The position numbers and the translations under genes are program-made. DNA of 63,081 nt, filler included, from Octopus bimaculoides (Eukaryota): the NCBI RefSeq assembly GCF_001194135.2. It is 8 parts of 7 records of this genome, joined end to end, with 100 filler letters (N's around TTAATTAATTAA, not from the genome) between each part and the next. Parts side by side here need not be neighbours in the genome. Positions count along the whole stretch, not along the records: positions 26,895 to 43,596 come from NC_069007.1; positions 43,697 to 53,347 come from NC_068991.1; 6 more parts are not named here. One strand, 5' to 3'. Each line of letters opens with the position of its first letter. Position 1 is the first letter of the stretch. The notes beneath the pieces were generated by a model. It ran no database searches, was not told the origin of the DNA, and worked only from the letters and a program-made list of their open reading frames with translations. Shown piece by piece: positions 38,793 to 51,066 of this stretch.

Positions 38793-38880
38793 CGTAGTAG
38801 TAGTAGTAGTAGTAGCAGCAGCAGTAGTTGTGGTTGTGTTAGTAGTAGTAGTCGTAGTAGTACTACCACCACCACCATAT
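38555..38880. repeat. Compound (GTA/GTG/GCA)n trinucleotide microsatellite
   Basis: Directly visible; the source of the poly-V/poly-S pseudo-ORFs. Confidence 0.95.
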
Positions 38881-38962
38881 TACAAAGTAAAAAAAGAAAC
38901 AAAAACAACAATTTGCCAAAAGTGAGGGCTGCCAAGCAGGCCATCTCTCACACTCAACAAAC

Positions 38963-39197
38963 CTGGTTCAGCCATTCTACATATTTCTCATGGTAGGGGT
39001 CCTTGCTGCCCTTTGAAGTGATGAGATTCTCCACCGTTGTCATGCACAGTTTGTCTTTGCTAAGGATGTCCCTCAACGCCGACGTCAGCACGTGGTTTAT
39101 GTCTTGACACTTAATAGGGGCCGGTCGTTGCAACAACATGGTGTTTTCAGGGTTTTCGGACCCTGTGCGACATGGGCTTTGGTTTGTTTCATTGCAC
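38963..39197 (-). CDS. Probable exon of the same unidentified gene
   Basis: tttctctttgaag|G...AACCAG|gtttgt; 235 nt, only one open frame: CNETNQSPCRTGSENPENTMLLQRPAPIKCQDINHVLTSALRDILSKDKLCMTTVENLITSKGSKDPYHEKYVEWLNQ. Confidence 0.65.
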
Positions 39198-39832
39198 CTT
39201 CAAAGAGAAATCCACACAGCAACAATCAAGAGAAAAAGAAAAAGCTCCCAATCAGAGATGGCCATATCACAGATGCAATGAATGCTTAGTACCACCAAGT
39301 GGGCCAGTTTTGATAAGCAACCACTTCTCCTGTCTGCCTACATCATCATCATCATTTAGCATCCATATTTCATGCTGCCACAGCTTAGATGGGTCAACTA
39401 GGATTGGTTTCTACAGCTTAGATGGTTTGATTAAGATGGATGCCCTTCCTAATGCCAACCACTCCAAAGAATGAACTAGGTGTCTATTATGTGTCGTCCA
39501 GACCAAGTGCCTTAAATATGTCACTGGCACAGGAGCCTCTAACGTGTCACCAACATGGGTGCCTTTAATGTATCACTGGTACAGGTGCCTTTAATACGTC
39601 ACTGGCACAGGAGCCTCTAACGTGTCACCAACATGGGTGCCTTTAATGTATCACTGGTACAGGTGTNNNNNNNNNNTGTCACTGGCACAGGAGCCTCTAA
39701 CGTGTCACCAACATGGGTGCCTTTAATGTATCACTGGTACAGGTGTCCTTAATGTGTCACTGGCACAGGTGCCTTTAATGTATCACTGGTATGGATGCCT
39801 TTAACATGTCACCAGCATGGGTGCTTTTAATA

Positions 39833-41610
39833 CAGGAGTCGTCAAACTGGGGTAAAATTGAAATTCTTGGAGGTAATGAGGAATCTTTAGACATAAGTAA
39901 AATCATATAAAAAGCATGTTCCTTGTTATGACAGAAATTTTTCTTCTGGCTCTGAGGAAGCAGTCAAAGAGTTGCTGCCTTTTGCAATAACCTATCTTTG
40001 CAAACAAGGATTTTCCACTCTAATGAACATAAAAACAATGCAGGGTAATCGATTGGACTCCAAAGACTATATCCAAATTGCTCTGGCATCAAAATGGCCC
40101 AATTTTGAAGTAATTGTAACAAAAAGGAAACATCATCATTTCTCCAAAACCTGAAGCGAAAAAGTTTCTAGAAAAATCCTTTTGTTTCCTAATTAGGATA
40201 TTAATTTATTTTATTGCATTTGTTTTATACTTTTAGGCAGGTTAACTAGGAAGTTAGTTTTTGTATGTGGCAGATGTTCAGGTGCAATAAACACTGTAAA
40301 CAAACAGGAAACAACTTCTATCTCATTCCAGGGAGAAAAACTAGAGGTAGTTGATAGCTTCCGCTATCTGGGTGACCAAGTTAGTAGTGGGGGTGGGTGC
40401 GCTGNNNNNNNNNNNNNNNNNNNNNNNNNNNNNNNNNNNNNNNNNNNNNNNNNNNNNNNNNNNNNNNNNNNNNNNNNNNNNNNNNNNNNNNNNNNNNNNN
40501 NNNNNNNNNNNNNNNNNNNNNNNNNNNNNNNNNNNNNNNNNNNNNNNNNNNNNNNNNNNNNNNNNNNNNNNNNNNNNNNNNNNNNNNNNNNNNNNNNNNN
40601 NNNNNNNNNNNNNNNNNNNNNNNNNNNNNNNNNNNNNNNNNNNNNNNNNNNNNNNNNNNNNNNNNNNNNNNNNNNNNNNNNNNNNNNNNNNNNNNNNNNN
40701 NNNNNNNNNNNNNNNNNNNNNNNNNNNNNNNNNNNNNNNNNNNNNNNNNNNNNNNNNNNNNNNNNNNNNNNNNNNNNNNNNNNNNNNNNNNNNNNNNNNN
40801 NNNNNNNNNNNNNNNNNNNNNNNNNNNNNNNNNNNNNNNNNNNNNNNNNNNNNNNNNNNNNNNNNNNNNNNNNNNNNNNNNNNNNNNNNNNNNNNNNNNN
40901 NNNNNNNNNNNNNNNNNNNNNNNNNNNNNNNNNNNNNNNNNNNNNNNNNNNNNNNNNNNNNNNNNNNNNNNNNNNNNNNNNNNNNNNNNNNNNNNNNNNN
41001 NNNNNNNNNNNNNNNNNNNNNNNNNNNNNNNNNNNNNNNNNNNNNNNNNNNNNNNNNNNNNNNNNNNNNNNNNNNNNNNNNNNNNNNNNNNNNNNNNNNN
41101 NNNNNNNNNNNNNNNNNNNNNNNNNNNNNNNNNNNNNNNNNNNNNNNNNNNNNNNNNNNNNNNNNNNNNNNNNNNNNGTTGCCAGTGCCCCTGGACTGGC
41201 TCTTGTGCGGGTGGCACATAAAATACACCATTTTGAGCGTGGCCGTTGCCAGTACCGCCTGACTGGCCTTCGTGCCAGTGGCACGTAAAAGCACCCACTA
41301 CACTCTCTGAGTAGTTGGCGTTAGGAAAGACATCCAGCTGTAGAAACTCTGCCAAATCAGATTGGAGCCTGGTGTTGCCATCCGGTTTCACCAGTCCTCA
41401 GTGAAATCGTCCAACCCATGCTAGCATGGAAAGTGGACGTTAAACGATGATGATGATGACATTTATAATTGTATTTTCCATATACATAGATTCAAGAAAC
41501 CTTTTGGATTCAAAGAATCTATGATTTTCTTCCTTTCAAATCAAGGGGTAACATCGGTGTAAATAAATATATGTTGGGGTAAATGGTTAAAAAAATTTTC
41601 TGACTCCCTA
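39833..41610 (+). mobile_element. hAT (Charlie-like) deletion derivative with a transposase dimerisation-domain remnant
   Basis: SEEAVKELLPFAITYLCKQGFSTLMNIKTMQGNRLD...IQIAL; imperfect TIRs caggagtcgtcaaact / ttttctgactcccta; flanks ttttaata and ctttaaca resemble an 8-bp TSD. Confidence 0.7.
40240..41460 (+). mobile_element. 5'-truncated RTE LINE nested in a hAT element
   Basis: FVCGRCSGAINT...GEKLEVVDSFRYLGDQVSSGGGC [gap] 3' UTR and (GAT)n. Confidence 0.88.
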
Positions 41611-42390
41611 CTTTAACATGCCACTGGCATGGGTCTCTTTGACATATTGCCAGCATGGTTGCCTTTAATGTGTCACTAGCACAGGCACTTTTAACATATC
41701 AGTTCACAGGTGCCTTTAACATGTCACCAGCATAGGTGCCACTAATGTGTTACCAGCATGGATGCCTCTCTTGTGCCACTAACACAGGTGCCTTTAATGT
41801 ACCACTAGCATGGGTGCCTTTAATGTGTCACCAGCACAAGTGCTATTAATGTGTCACTGGCACAAGTGCTATTAATGTGTCGCTGGCACAGGTGCCACTA
41901 ATGTGTCCCCAGTACAGATGCCTTGAACGTGTCACCAGATAAAGTGCCTTTAATGTGTCACCAGCACAGGTGCTATTAATGTGTTACTAGCACAGGTGCC
42001 TTTAATGTGTCACCAGCACAGATGCCTTTAATGTGTCACCAGATCAAGTGCCTTTGATGTGTCACCAGCACAGGTACTATTAATGGGTCGCTGGCACATG
42101 TGCCTTTAATAAGTCACCAGCATGAGAGCTTTTAACATGTCACTGGCAAAGGTACCTTTAATGTGTCACCAGCATGAAGACGATGATACACCATATGCAC
42201 ACTTGTCACTGATTTATATTGTAACAGGAGTGTTTTTTCTTTTTGTTTTGGAACATAATTTGTTACATCAATAGTAAAAACGTTCATACAATACAATATA
42301 TGGAAACATTAAGATGAAACAGTGTAATGTGACATGTAAGGAAAGTTTCTGCTAGGACCTCAACACAGGGGCTAGTTTTTTTTGATATAC

Positions 42391-42436
42391 CAAGTAAATA
42401 TTCAGGTGCTGTGGTGTGTCTTCTTCTTTGATAATC
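42391..42436 (-). CDS. Candidate small exon of the unidentified gene
   Basis: Pyrimidine tract ...tcaatcaag|GAT...CTTG|gtatat; DYQRRRHTTAPEYLL; phase 0 start fits the 42762 exon end, but its phase 1 end does not fit the 39197 exon. Confidence 0.35.
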
Positions 42437-42761
42437 CTTGATTGAATATACAACAGAAAACAGAGGTCAGGAGAGTGTAACACCACTTGACCCCAAACAC
42501 TCTAAATTCTGGTACTTGATTTGACTGTATTTAGAAGCCCTGCTCATGGAAAGTTCTAGTCAGGCCACCAAATTATTGCATGAATATTAGATAATATCTC
42601 GGTCATGTACATGCTCAAACTACGACTGAACTGTGGCTTTTGTATGTGGCAAAAGGCAGGATCAAATCCAGTGCTATGATATTAAAAGTGCATTACTGCA
42701 AACATTGTATAGAGAGGCAAAACAAACAAAACAAAACAAAAAAAAAACATGATATACATAC

Positions 42762-42850
42762 ATAGTAGACGCTTGGACTGGTTCTGACATGGTTTAAGTC
42801 TGTCTCATTGAAGGAAATGAAGTGTAACTGTGATACACCCGCAAGAAAAC
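42762..42850 (-). CDS. Probable exon of the unidentified gene
   Basis: tttgttacag|GT...TACTAT|gtatgt; 89 nt, phase 1-0; FLAGVSQLHFISFNETDLNHVRTSPSVYY; the other two frames are closed. Confidence 0.55.
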
Positions 42851-42958
42851 CTGTAACAAATCCAATATTATTGGTCACTATATATATGTGTATGTATGTA
42901 TGTAAGTACATATGTATATATATGCATGTATATGTGTATGTTTCATTGCATAATGGCT

Positions 42959-43042
42959 ACCTCTGATGAGTACAGAGTTACATAATCAGACTGTTACCTA
43001 ACACTCTGTTGAACCCTTAATGCAAAACCAGTTTGGTAAGAT
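42959..43042 (+). ncRNA. Hammerhead-like relic with extended stem II
   Basis: ACCT-CTGATGA-GTA-[ACAGAGT...ACTCTGT inner helix]-TGC-AAAA-CCA-gtt-TGG-TA-AGAT; stem III ACCA/TGGT, GUA triplet, G12 changed to A. Confidence 0.5.
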
Positions 43043-43286
43043 CGGCAGTAATGGATATGTAATACTGTAAACTTCAATTAATATATATTCGACTACCATC
43101 CATGCAACATCTATATTCCTCCCTGTGCTTGTCAAATCTTATGTCCCTGCCATAAGGCTTTACTTCTACACACACCAGCTCAAATTAATTCATCCGTAGT
43201 CAAAAGACACCCATTGTTAATCTCCTGTTATTTGTATTTGTGTACCATTTCTCTGGGGGTTTCTTTCCGTCCTTGTTTTCGTATAC

Positions 43287-43406
43287 ATTCGCTGCTTTCT
43301 TCCAAGGAATCTAGTGCTCTTAGCTTAGTTTTTTCTTTGGGGCTGGCCAGATTGGAGCAATATCGAGAATAACCAGCCGAAATTGCAAAGATAATCTGGA
43401 ACTCGA
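43287..43406 (-). CDS. Candidate exon of the unidentified gene
   Basis: ttttctttcctcag|TC...GAAT|gtatac (weak donor); EFQIIFAISAGYSRYCSNLASPKEKTKLRALDSLEESSE; phase 1 end fits the 42850 exon. Confidence 0.4.
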
Positions 43407-43533
43407 CTGAGGAAAGAAAACTCCGAATGACTTGTCCTTGTTTTTTTTGTATCGTCTGTCTGGATGTTTTGTTGTCCCTTTTTTGTATCACCTGACTGTC
43501 TGGATGTTTTGCGTTCTTGTCCCATTTTGTATT

Positions 43534-43582
<49 letters not shown>

Positions 43583-44038
43583 ATATATTTATATATNNNN
43601 NNNNNNNNNNNNNNNNNNNNNNNNNNNNNNNNNNNNNNNNTTAATTAATTAANNNNNNNNNNNNNNNNNNNNNNNNNNNNNNNNNNNNNNNNNNNNGTAT
43701 TTTAAGGGCCCGTGAAAAAAATGTATTTATTGCAAGAAACATCTAGGATTTTTTCTCTAACATTTTATATGGTTAAACCTGTACAAGGTGGGGAACAAAC
43801 ACAAGCACACAAACATATATATATATATATATATATATGACGGGCTTCTTTCAGTTTCCGTCTACCAAATCCACTCACAAGACTTTGATCGGCACGAGGC
43901 TATAGTAGAAGTCAGCAACCCAAGGTGCCACGCAGTGGGACTGAACCTGGAACCTTGTGGTTGGTAAGCAACATATAAGAAGAAAAACAATTAGTGTTAA
44001 GTCTCTGATCGAGAAATAAGTAGCAACAGTAGTACAGA

Positions 44039-44217
44039 GTAAAGTCTATTTGCCAACGTAAAGGGGCAGCCCTGCTTAGGACGGTGATACTACCCTCTAG
44101 GAAAGGACGCAGTTGTGTGTCGATAGCTAGGTGGAAAAGATGTTTTCCTGGGGCTTAAAATGGTTGTAACACCGTCCTAATCAGGACTGCCACATTATGT
44201 TGGCAAATAGACTTTAC
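44039..44217. mobile_element. MITE-like inverted repeat element
   Basis: gtaaagtctatttgccaac...ggcagccctgcttaggacggtg mirrored by caccgtcctaatcaggactgcc...gttggcaaatagactttac. Confidence 0.8.
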
Positions 44218-44287
44218 AGTTAAGAGATGAGGAATTATTTACATTATTTGCATTTGACGGATATTTCTCCTCATCTTGTTTGTTGTT

Positions 44288-44333
44288 AACACAACGTTTC
44301 GGCTGTTATACCCTCCAGCCTTCATCAGGTGTC
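44288..44333 (-). ncRNA. Minimal type I hammerhead ribozyme of Penelope-like type, core intact
   Basis: Minus strand GACAC-CTGATGA-A-GGCTG-gagggtataa-CAGCC-GAAAC-GTT-GTGTT: 5-bp stem I, 5-bp stem II, palindromic AACGTT stem III, GUU cleavage triplet. Confidence 0.8.
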
Positions 44334-44380
44334 TTGAAGAAATTTCGAACCTGGGTTCTCATTCCTAAGGTATTTTTCGA

Positions 44381-44436
<56 letters not shown>

Positions 44437-44686
44437 CAGATTCGTCTCCCTAACTTAGCGGTTCGTCTGAAGTCACCGATAGAATAAATACTAACTTAAG
44501 TCAATTTCTTCAACTAAAACATTTTAAGGCGGTGCTCCAGCATGGCCGCAGTCAAATGACTGAAACAAATTAAAGAATAAATTAATATATTTATATACAA
44601 GAATATATGCCAGAATATATTTATATATATTTATATACAAACATGTATACAAACATATATATACATATATATATATATATACACAC

Positions 44687-44764
<78 letters not shown>

Positions 44765-44907
44765 ACGCACTCGTAATTCATTGCTATTTAACAAAATGGC
44801 GAAGCGATGAATTATATATACTTACACCATTTTCAGAATTGAATCCATTTACAATTATAGATTACAACGATCACTTGACAGAAATATACATACACAAATA
44901 TATATAT

Positions 44908-45020
<113 letters not shown>

Positions 45021-45226
45021 AATACACACACATATATATATATATATATATACATATATACGTACGTATATATATACGTGCATATCGATATGTATGCGTG
45101 TGTGTATTCTCTGTGTGCGCGCCCGCGCGCCTGTGTGTGTGTGTATTTTCTTCACGATTGTGCCTATAACAATATTCTGTATTTTCATTATTCTCGCACC
45201 TCATTGCCTTACGTATACACACACAC

Positions 45227-45262
<36 letters not shown>

Positions 45263-47303
45263 GCAACAATCTCATTTTCACAAACGCGTGCAAACAGTTT
45301 TGTTTTCATATATTTGTATATATGAGTGCGTATATATGACCACGAATGTATGTGTATATATATATATATATTAGCATTTATGTATGTATGTATGTATGTG
45401 TGTAAGTATGTATGAATGTACGCATTTATGTAAATATATGTATACACACACGCGCATACTTATAGTACATACAAATGCTTACATACATATGTGTGTGTGT
45501 GTTTATGCATTTGTCTATATAATGAGCGTGTGTATGCGTACACAGACACACAAACACTCATACACACACATACAAACACGCTCAAACACATACAAACACT
45601 ACACATATATATATACACTTACGCGCTTAAAAGAAATTAAAAATTTATACATGTATCTAGGAAATTAAGTTTCTGAATTTCTCAATTTATCCACCAGAAC
45701 AAAGAGAATGAGGAAAAAATTTCTTACAGCCTCTTGATAATAGCTGTATATCTACTAATTGGATAATAATTTAATTACAGCTTAAATATCTTAGTGTGCT
45801 ACGTTATTTACCTGTTTCTTTATACATTTTTTCCCCCCCTTTTACAATTATATGGTAAAAGACTTAATATATTATATCTAGCTTCCAGCTTAATAGTTGT
45901 ATCCGTGACAATTTAGAAAATATGTCACATTTAGTTTGTAAGGAAGAAGAACTCGGAAGAAAAAGTTTCTCTGTCTAAACAATAGAAAATAGAGAGGCTA
46001 GTGTACAAGGGAGGTAAGTTACAAGCAACTAAGGAGATAAATGTACATAAGAATTCTTTGAAAATTTCCGCTTCAGATCTTTAGATTTTAATAGAAGATA
46101 CAGGTTTTGTATCTCTTCTTTTCTTTTTCTTTTTCTCTTCTTGGTCTTTTTCTTTTTCTCTTTNNNNNNNNNNNNNNNNNNNNNNNNNNNNNNNNNNNNN
46201 NNNNNNNNNNNNNNNNNNNNNNNNNNNNNNNNNNNNNNNNNNNNNNNNNNNNNNNNNNNNNNNNNNNNNNNNNNNNNNNNNNNNNNNNNNNNNNNNNNNN
46301 NNNNNNNNNNNNNNNNNNNNNNNNNNNNNNNNNNNNNNNNNNNNNNNNNNNNNNNNNNNNNNNNNNNNNNNNNNNNNNNNNNNNNNNNNNNNNNNNNNNN
46401 NNNNNNNNNNNNNNNNNNNNNNNNNNNNNNNNNNNNNNNNNNNNNNNNNNNNNNNNNNNNNNNNNNNNNNATATACACATATATATACAGGTGTGAGTGT
46501 GTATGTGCGTAGGTCTTACATGTTATTCAAGAAAAATATTTCAGTTAATTTTGAGTGAAATTGCACGGTCTCTGATAACGAGACAAGTGTATGTTTTTGG
46601 TTTTGTTTTTTTTTAATTGAATATATTTGTACATATACAATATCAGTAAACGAGTTTATCTTAGTAATTTAGATATATCTTTCCTACTTTCCTTGTTTCA
46701 CTTAAACCGGCTGTTCTAGATTATTAAGTACGCCACTGATGATGGCAAAATAGAAATATATTATTATCTAGATATAGAATTCAATGCATTTCATCATTTT
46801 TTTTTGCTTTTGTTTTTGTTTTTCACTAATTTTGAATAGAATATTCACATCTGCCGATCAACTGACCTCTATAACAGTTCAATAAATATGTTTTCTGTTC
46901 CTAACAAATATTTAAGTCCTGCTACTGCTGCTGTTGTTATTGTTGTTATAGTTTAGATCCTGATCAATTGCCAAACCTATGGCTAAGAGCATTCCTTCCG
47001 TGGCCGTCCTTTCCTTTGGTCAAGCAGTATGTTTAAAAGTGCAATTTTCTCTTCCTTCCAAAATAATAGGCAATGATTTTAAGTTGGTTACTATTTCTAG
47101 TAGTTTGTGTGACCATATAGATGCAGCCTCTGTAGTTTTTTCAAGGGCTGTCGTGATAGTGTATAGCAGACGTTTTGAGGAAAATCTTCGACCACTATTC
47201 TTTCCGGAAAAATTGATGGAATTACTTAGCATCGAAAATAATTTTATATTCGTTCCAGGAGAGTCCTTTCTTTGGCTGTCACTGTATATCTTTTTAGCAA
47301 CTT

Positions 47304-47367
<64 letters not shown>

Positions 47368-48350
47368 CAGATAAAGAAACTTGTGCATGCCGTTAGGAGA
47401 AGAGATTCCGACGTTTCCTATAAAATCCATTTTCAGGAAGCGAGAGACGTTGTTCTTCGCATTTAGTTCACGCGAGCGTTAACACTGTCGGAAATAAGTG
47501 AAGGAAATGCGTGATCAGAGAAAGAAAGGTATTTCGAAAGGAAAGGGAAAGAATGTAGAAGATGGTGGGGTTAAAATGAGAAAGAGAATAAGACAGAGAA
47601 CGAAAATGGTGTAAGAACGACAAAGGGACATATAGAACTGGAAGAGAAGTATTAGAGAGGATAAATTAGGACCGAAAGCGAGGCTTAGAAAAGAAACAGG
47701 AGGCGCCACCCAAGAAGCAAATGGATGAATAGTGGTCCATATGAAGCGGAGGTTAATGAATTAGAAGATTAATAGACTAAATGTCATACACAATAAACGT
47801 TTAATTTAGTGAAATTCTCCTTTATGCTTGAGAAAGGAGGCAAAAACCTAACGTTAGTTTTCCGCGACTAACAATAGAACGGGAGTGATAATTTCAAGAA
47901 ATCAACAATTAATTTCTTGAGTTAAGTGCTTCAGTAGAGTGGAGCAAAGAGCTTGCCATTAGCTCATTCACAAACACAAATGCACTCACACATACGGAAG
48001 ATCGGAAGCAGGCTATAAATCTTCAGAAATAAGCAGAGATGCCACACACACAGACACACAAGCGTACACACAGACATAACACAGACACACATAGATAGAT
48101 ACACACACACAGAGGCGAGAGAGCACACATATATTGGTTTCACATTTTGACGCAAGAAGTTTTGTGGGGAGGGACTGAGTCGATGAAATCGGCCCCGGTG
48201 TTCAACTGGTATTTATTTTATCGACCCGAAAGCATGAAAGGCAAAGTCAACCTCGGCGGAATTTGAACTCAACATTAAAGACGGACAAAATGCCGGCAAG
48301 CATTTCACGCTAACATTTCTGCCAACACGCGTTACAAATTTCTCATGTAG

Positions 48351-48460
48351 ATATAAATGCCAAAAGTATCGTTCGTTCATCGAACGAACTCCAGTCTATA
48401 ACTGAATTTTCTGTTGACTACGGTATCATTACTGGCAATCGAACTCCAATTATGATTTAT
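48351..48460 (+). CDS. Candidate exon, unidentified plus-strand gene
   Basis: tttctcatgtag|AT...ATTTAT|gtatga; INAKSIVRSSNELQSITEFSVDYGIITGNRTPIMIY; phase 0 end fits 50124. Confidence 0.35.
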
Positions 48461-49349
48461 GTATGAAAAAGTAGTGTTTGTAAATGAAGTGTGAATCATT
48501 TAAAGAATACATTTTCTTGATGGTGAACGTCAGTACAGAGAAAAATATGGAGTTGGTTTTGGAGTCGTTAAAACGTTGAATAGAATGACTTGTGTCACTT
48601 TTGTCGGTGCTCTATGATCTCGGTTCAAATCCAGCCGATGTTAACCTTACCATATATTTTTTCGGGTTCGACAAATAAGGTACCATTTAAGTGCGCTGCA
48701 TTGATGAAATTGTAAGAGTACCAAAGGGAATGCCATTGCGCTCTTGCTCGGCACAAATTCCATTTCCTTTCAACCGACCACCGTGAGCAGGAAACAACCT
48801 TTTCGCCAGTCAATTGGAGAGAAAGAAATAATGAGAGAGAAAGTTAATAGGTAAGAGGGAGAGACAGAGACAGAGACAGACAGACAGACAGACAGGCAGG
48901 CAGGCAGGCAGGCAGGCAGACTGNNNNNNNNNNNNNNNNNNNNNNNNNNNNNNNNNNNNNNNNNNNNNNNNNNNNNNNNNNNNNNNNNNNNNNNNNNNNN
49001 NNNNNNNNNNNNNNNNNNNNNNNNNNNNNNNNNNNNNNNNNNNNNNNNNNNNNNNNNNNNNNNNNNNNNNNNNNNNNNNNNNNNNNNNNNNNNNNNNNNN
49101 NNNNNNNNNNNNNNNNNNNNNNNNNNNNNNNNNNNNNNNNNNNNNNNNNNNNNNNNNNNNNNNNNNNNNNNNNNNNNNNNNNNNNNNNNNNNNNNNNNNN
49201 NNNNNNNNNNNNNNNNNNNNNNNNNNNNNNNNNNNNNNNNNNNNNNNNNNNNNNNNNNNNNNNNNNNNNNNNNNNNNNNNNNNNNNNNNNNNNNNNNNNN
49301 NNNNNNNNNNNNNNNNNNNNNNNNNNNAGTCTTAACCTAACTGCATAAA

Positions 49350-49670
49350 GGAGCACTCCGTCGGTTGCGACAATGAGTGTCCCAGCTGATACGATCAACG
49401 GAACAGCCTGCTCATGAAATTAACGTGCAAGTGACTGAGCAATCCACAGACACGTGTACCCCTAACGTAGTTCTTAGGGAGACTCAGCGTGACACATAGC
49501 GTGACAAGGCCGGCCCTTTGAAATACAGGTACTACTCATTTTTGCCAGCTGACTGGACTGGAGCAACGTGAAATAAAGTGTCTTGCTCAAGGACACAACG
49601 CGTCGTCGGGAATTGAACTCACGGCTTTACGATCGTGAGCCAAATGTCCTAACCACTAAGCCACGCGCCT
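49350..49670 (-). mobile_element. tRNA/CORE-like SINE, family D; copies at about 27890(-), 38330(+), 53770(+), 54290(+)
   Basis: ggcgcgtggcttagtggttagg...gagttcaattccc...gtgtccttgagcaagacactttatttcacgttgctccag; shares its 3' body with family C. Confidence 0.82.
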
Positions 49671-50123
49671 AACTGCCTAAACTTATACATACAAACATAC
49701 CAAGGGTATTTTAACATATATACACGGACATACACAATATGTATACATACATACAAATATATGCATATATATATATATGCATGTATTATATATGTATGTA
49801 TGTATGTATGTATGTGTGTGTGTGTGTATGTATGTACATATTGTTTGTGAAAATAAAAGCTGTAAATGTGCGTAGATCTTCATAACTGTCATCGTGTACA
49901 GAAAAGAAGGCGAGAGTATAACAGCAACCATTTGGTTATAAACAGAATAGCGTTAAACCAAAAAGCTATACGTATAAATATATGTTACTTTAGAGGCAAA
50001 AGAAAATTTCTTTGGTATGATAAATTCTTTGTGAACTGAAGAGTTTCCAAAGAGTGGAACTCTCCACATAAACAGATGCAATATTCACAATGAAGAATAT
50101 TCCGATTAGCTTAATTATTTCAG

Positions 50124-50203
50124 GATGTAGTGCCAGACAACCTTTTTGCCTCGGAGCTTAAAATATTATACGTCATCGAAGATTTCGTTGACAACAATGA
50201 CAG
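50124..50203 (+). CDS. Candidate exon, unidentified plus-strand gene
   Basis: ttaattatttcag|GAT...GACAG|gtaaag; single open frame DVVPDNLFASELKILYVIEDFVDNND. Confidence 0.45.
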
Positions 50204-50846
50204 GTAAAGAAAAAAAAAAACCTTCACTGTTATCGTTTTTTCGTTAAGCTAAAGGCCATTTTTGTCTCTGTGTGTCTTATATAAGTAGGGTGAACCGGGA
50301 GAACAAGTAGATTTTAGGGAACCCCTATTGACGGTCACTAATGAGAAACAAGGAGAAAGATAGATGGACAGATAGATGAATAGAGAAAAAGAAATAGAGG
50401 AGAAGTCAGAGGAGAACGAGAAAGAGCGAGAGAGAGGCGGTATACAAGTTGATCATTGATAAATGCTTCCATCATCTTAAAAACGGCGGAAACGGAAATT
50501 ATATGGTAGCATTTTTATGAAATTAAAAGTGCCTCAGTTCTTGGGTTGCAGATTAAGTACGTAGTTGCATACCTTACCTAATTACGGATCTTACAGCATA
50601 GATGTATATGTGTGTGTATGTGTGTGGTGAGACAGAGAAGGAGAGAGAGAAAGAGAGATAGAGAGAATAGAAAAGAGAGAGAGAGAGAAAGAGAGATAGA
50701 GAGAATAGAAAAGAGAGAGAGGGAAAGAGAGGGTAAGAGAAAGAGGAAATCAAAGTTTGCTAAAATGGGCCTACATCTAATATACACATTCTTTCGACGT
50801 GTGTAGATTTTACAATCCCGAAAGAACTCAGAAAGACATTTATGAA

Positions 50847-50891
<45 letters not shown>

Positions 50892-50970
50892 NNNNNNNNN
50901 NNNNNNNNNNNNNNNNNNNNNNNNNNNNNNNNNNNNNNNNNNNNNNNNNNNNNNNNNNNNNNNNNNNNNN

Positions 50971-51066
<96 letters not shown>

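Larger units (their letters stand above)
39500..42180. repeat. Minisatellite of about 23-24 bp (gtgcctttaatgtgtcaccagcacag-like), split by the hAT insertion
   Basis: The same unit occurs at 39500-39832 and 41611-42180. Confidence 0.85.

Noticed and set aside
38512-38996. Poly-V, poly-S/G and poly-L ORFs
   Set aside because: Translations of a compound trinucleotide microsatellite; the same applies to the YI/HT/CV-repeat ORFs at 9.7, 44.5-45.6, 50.6-51.4 and 52.3 kb.
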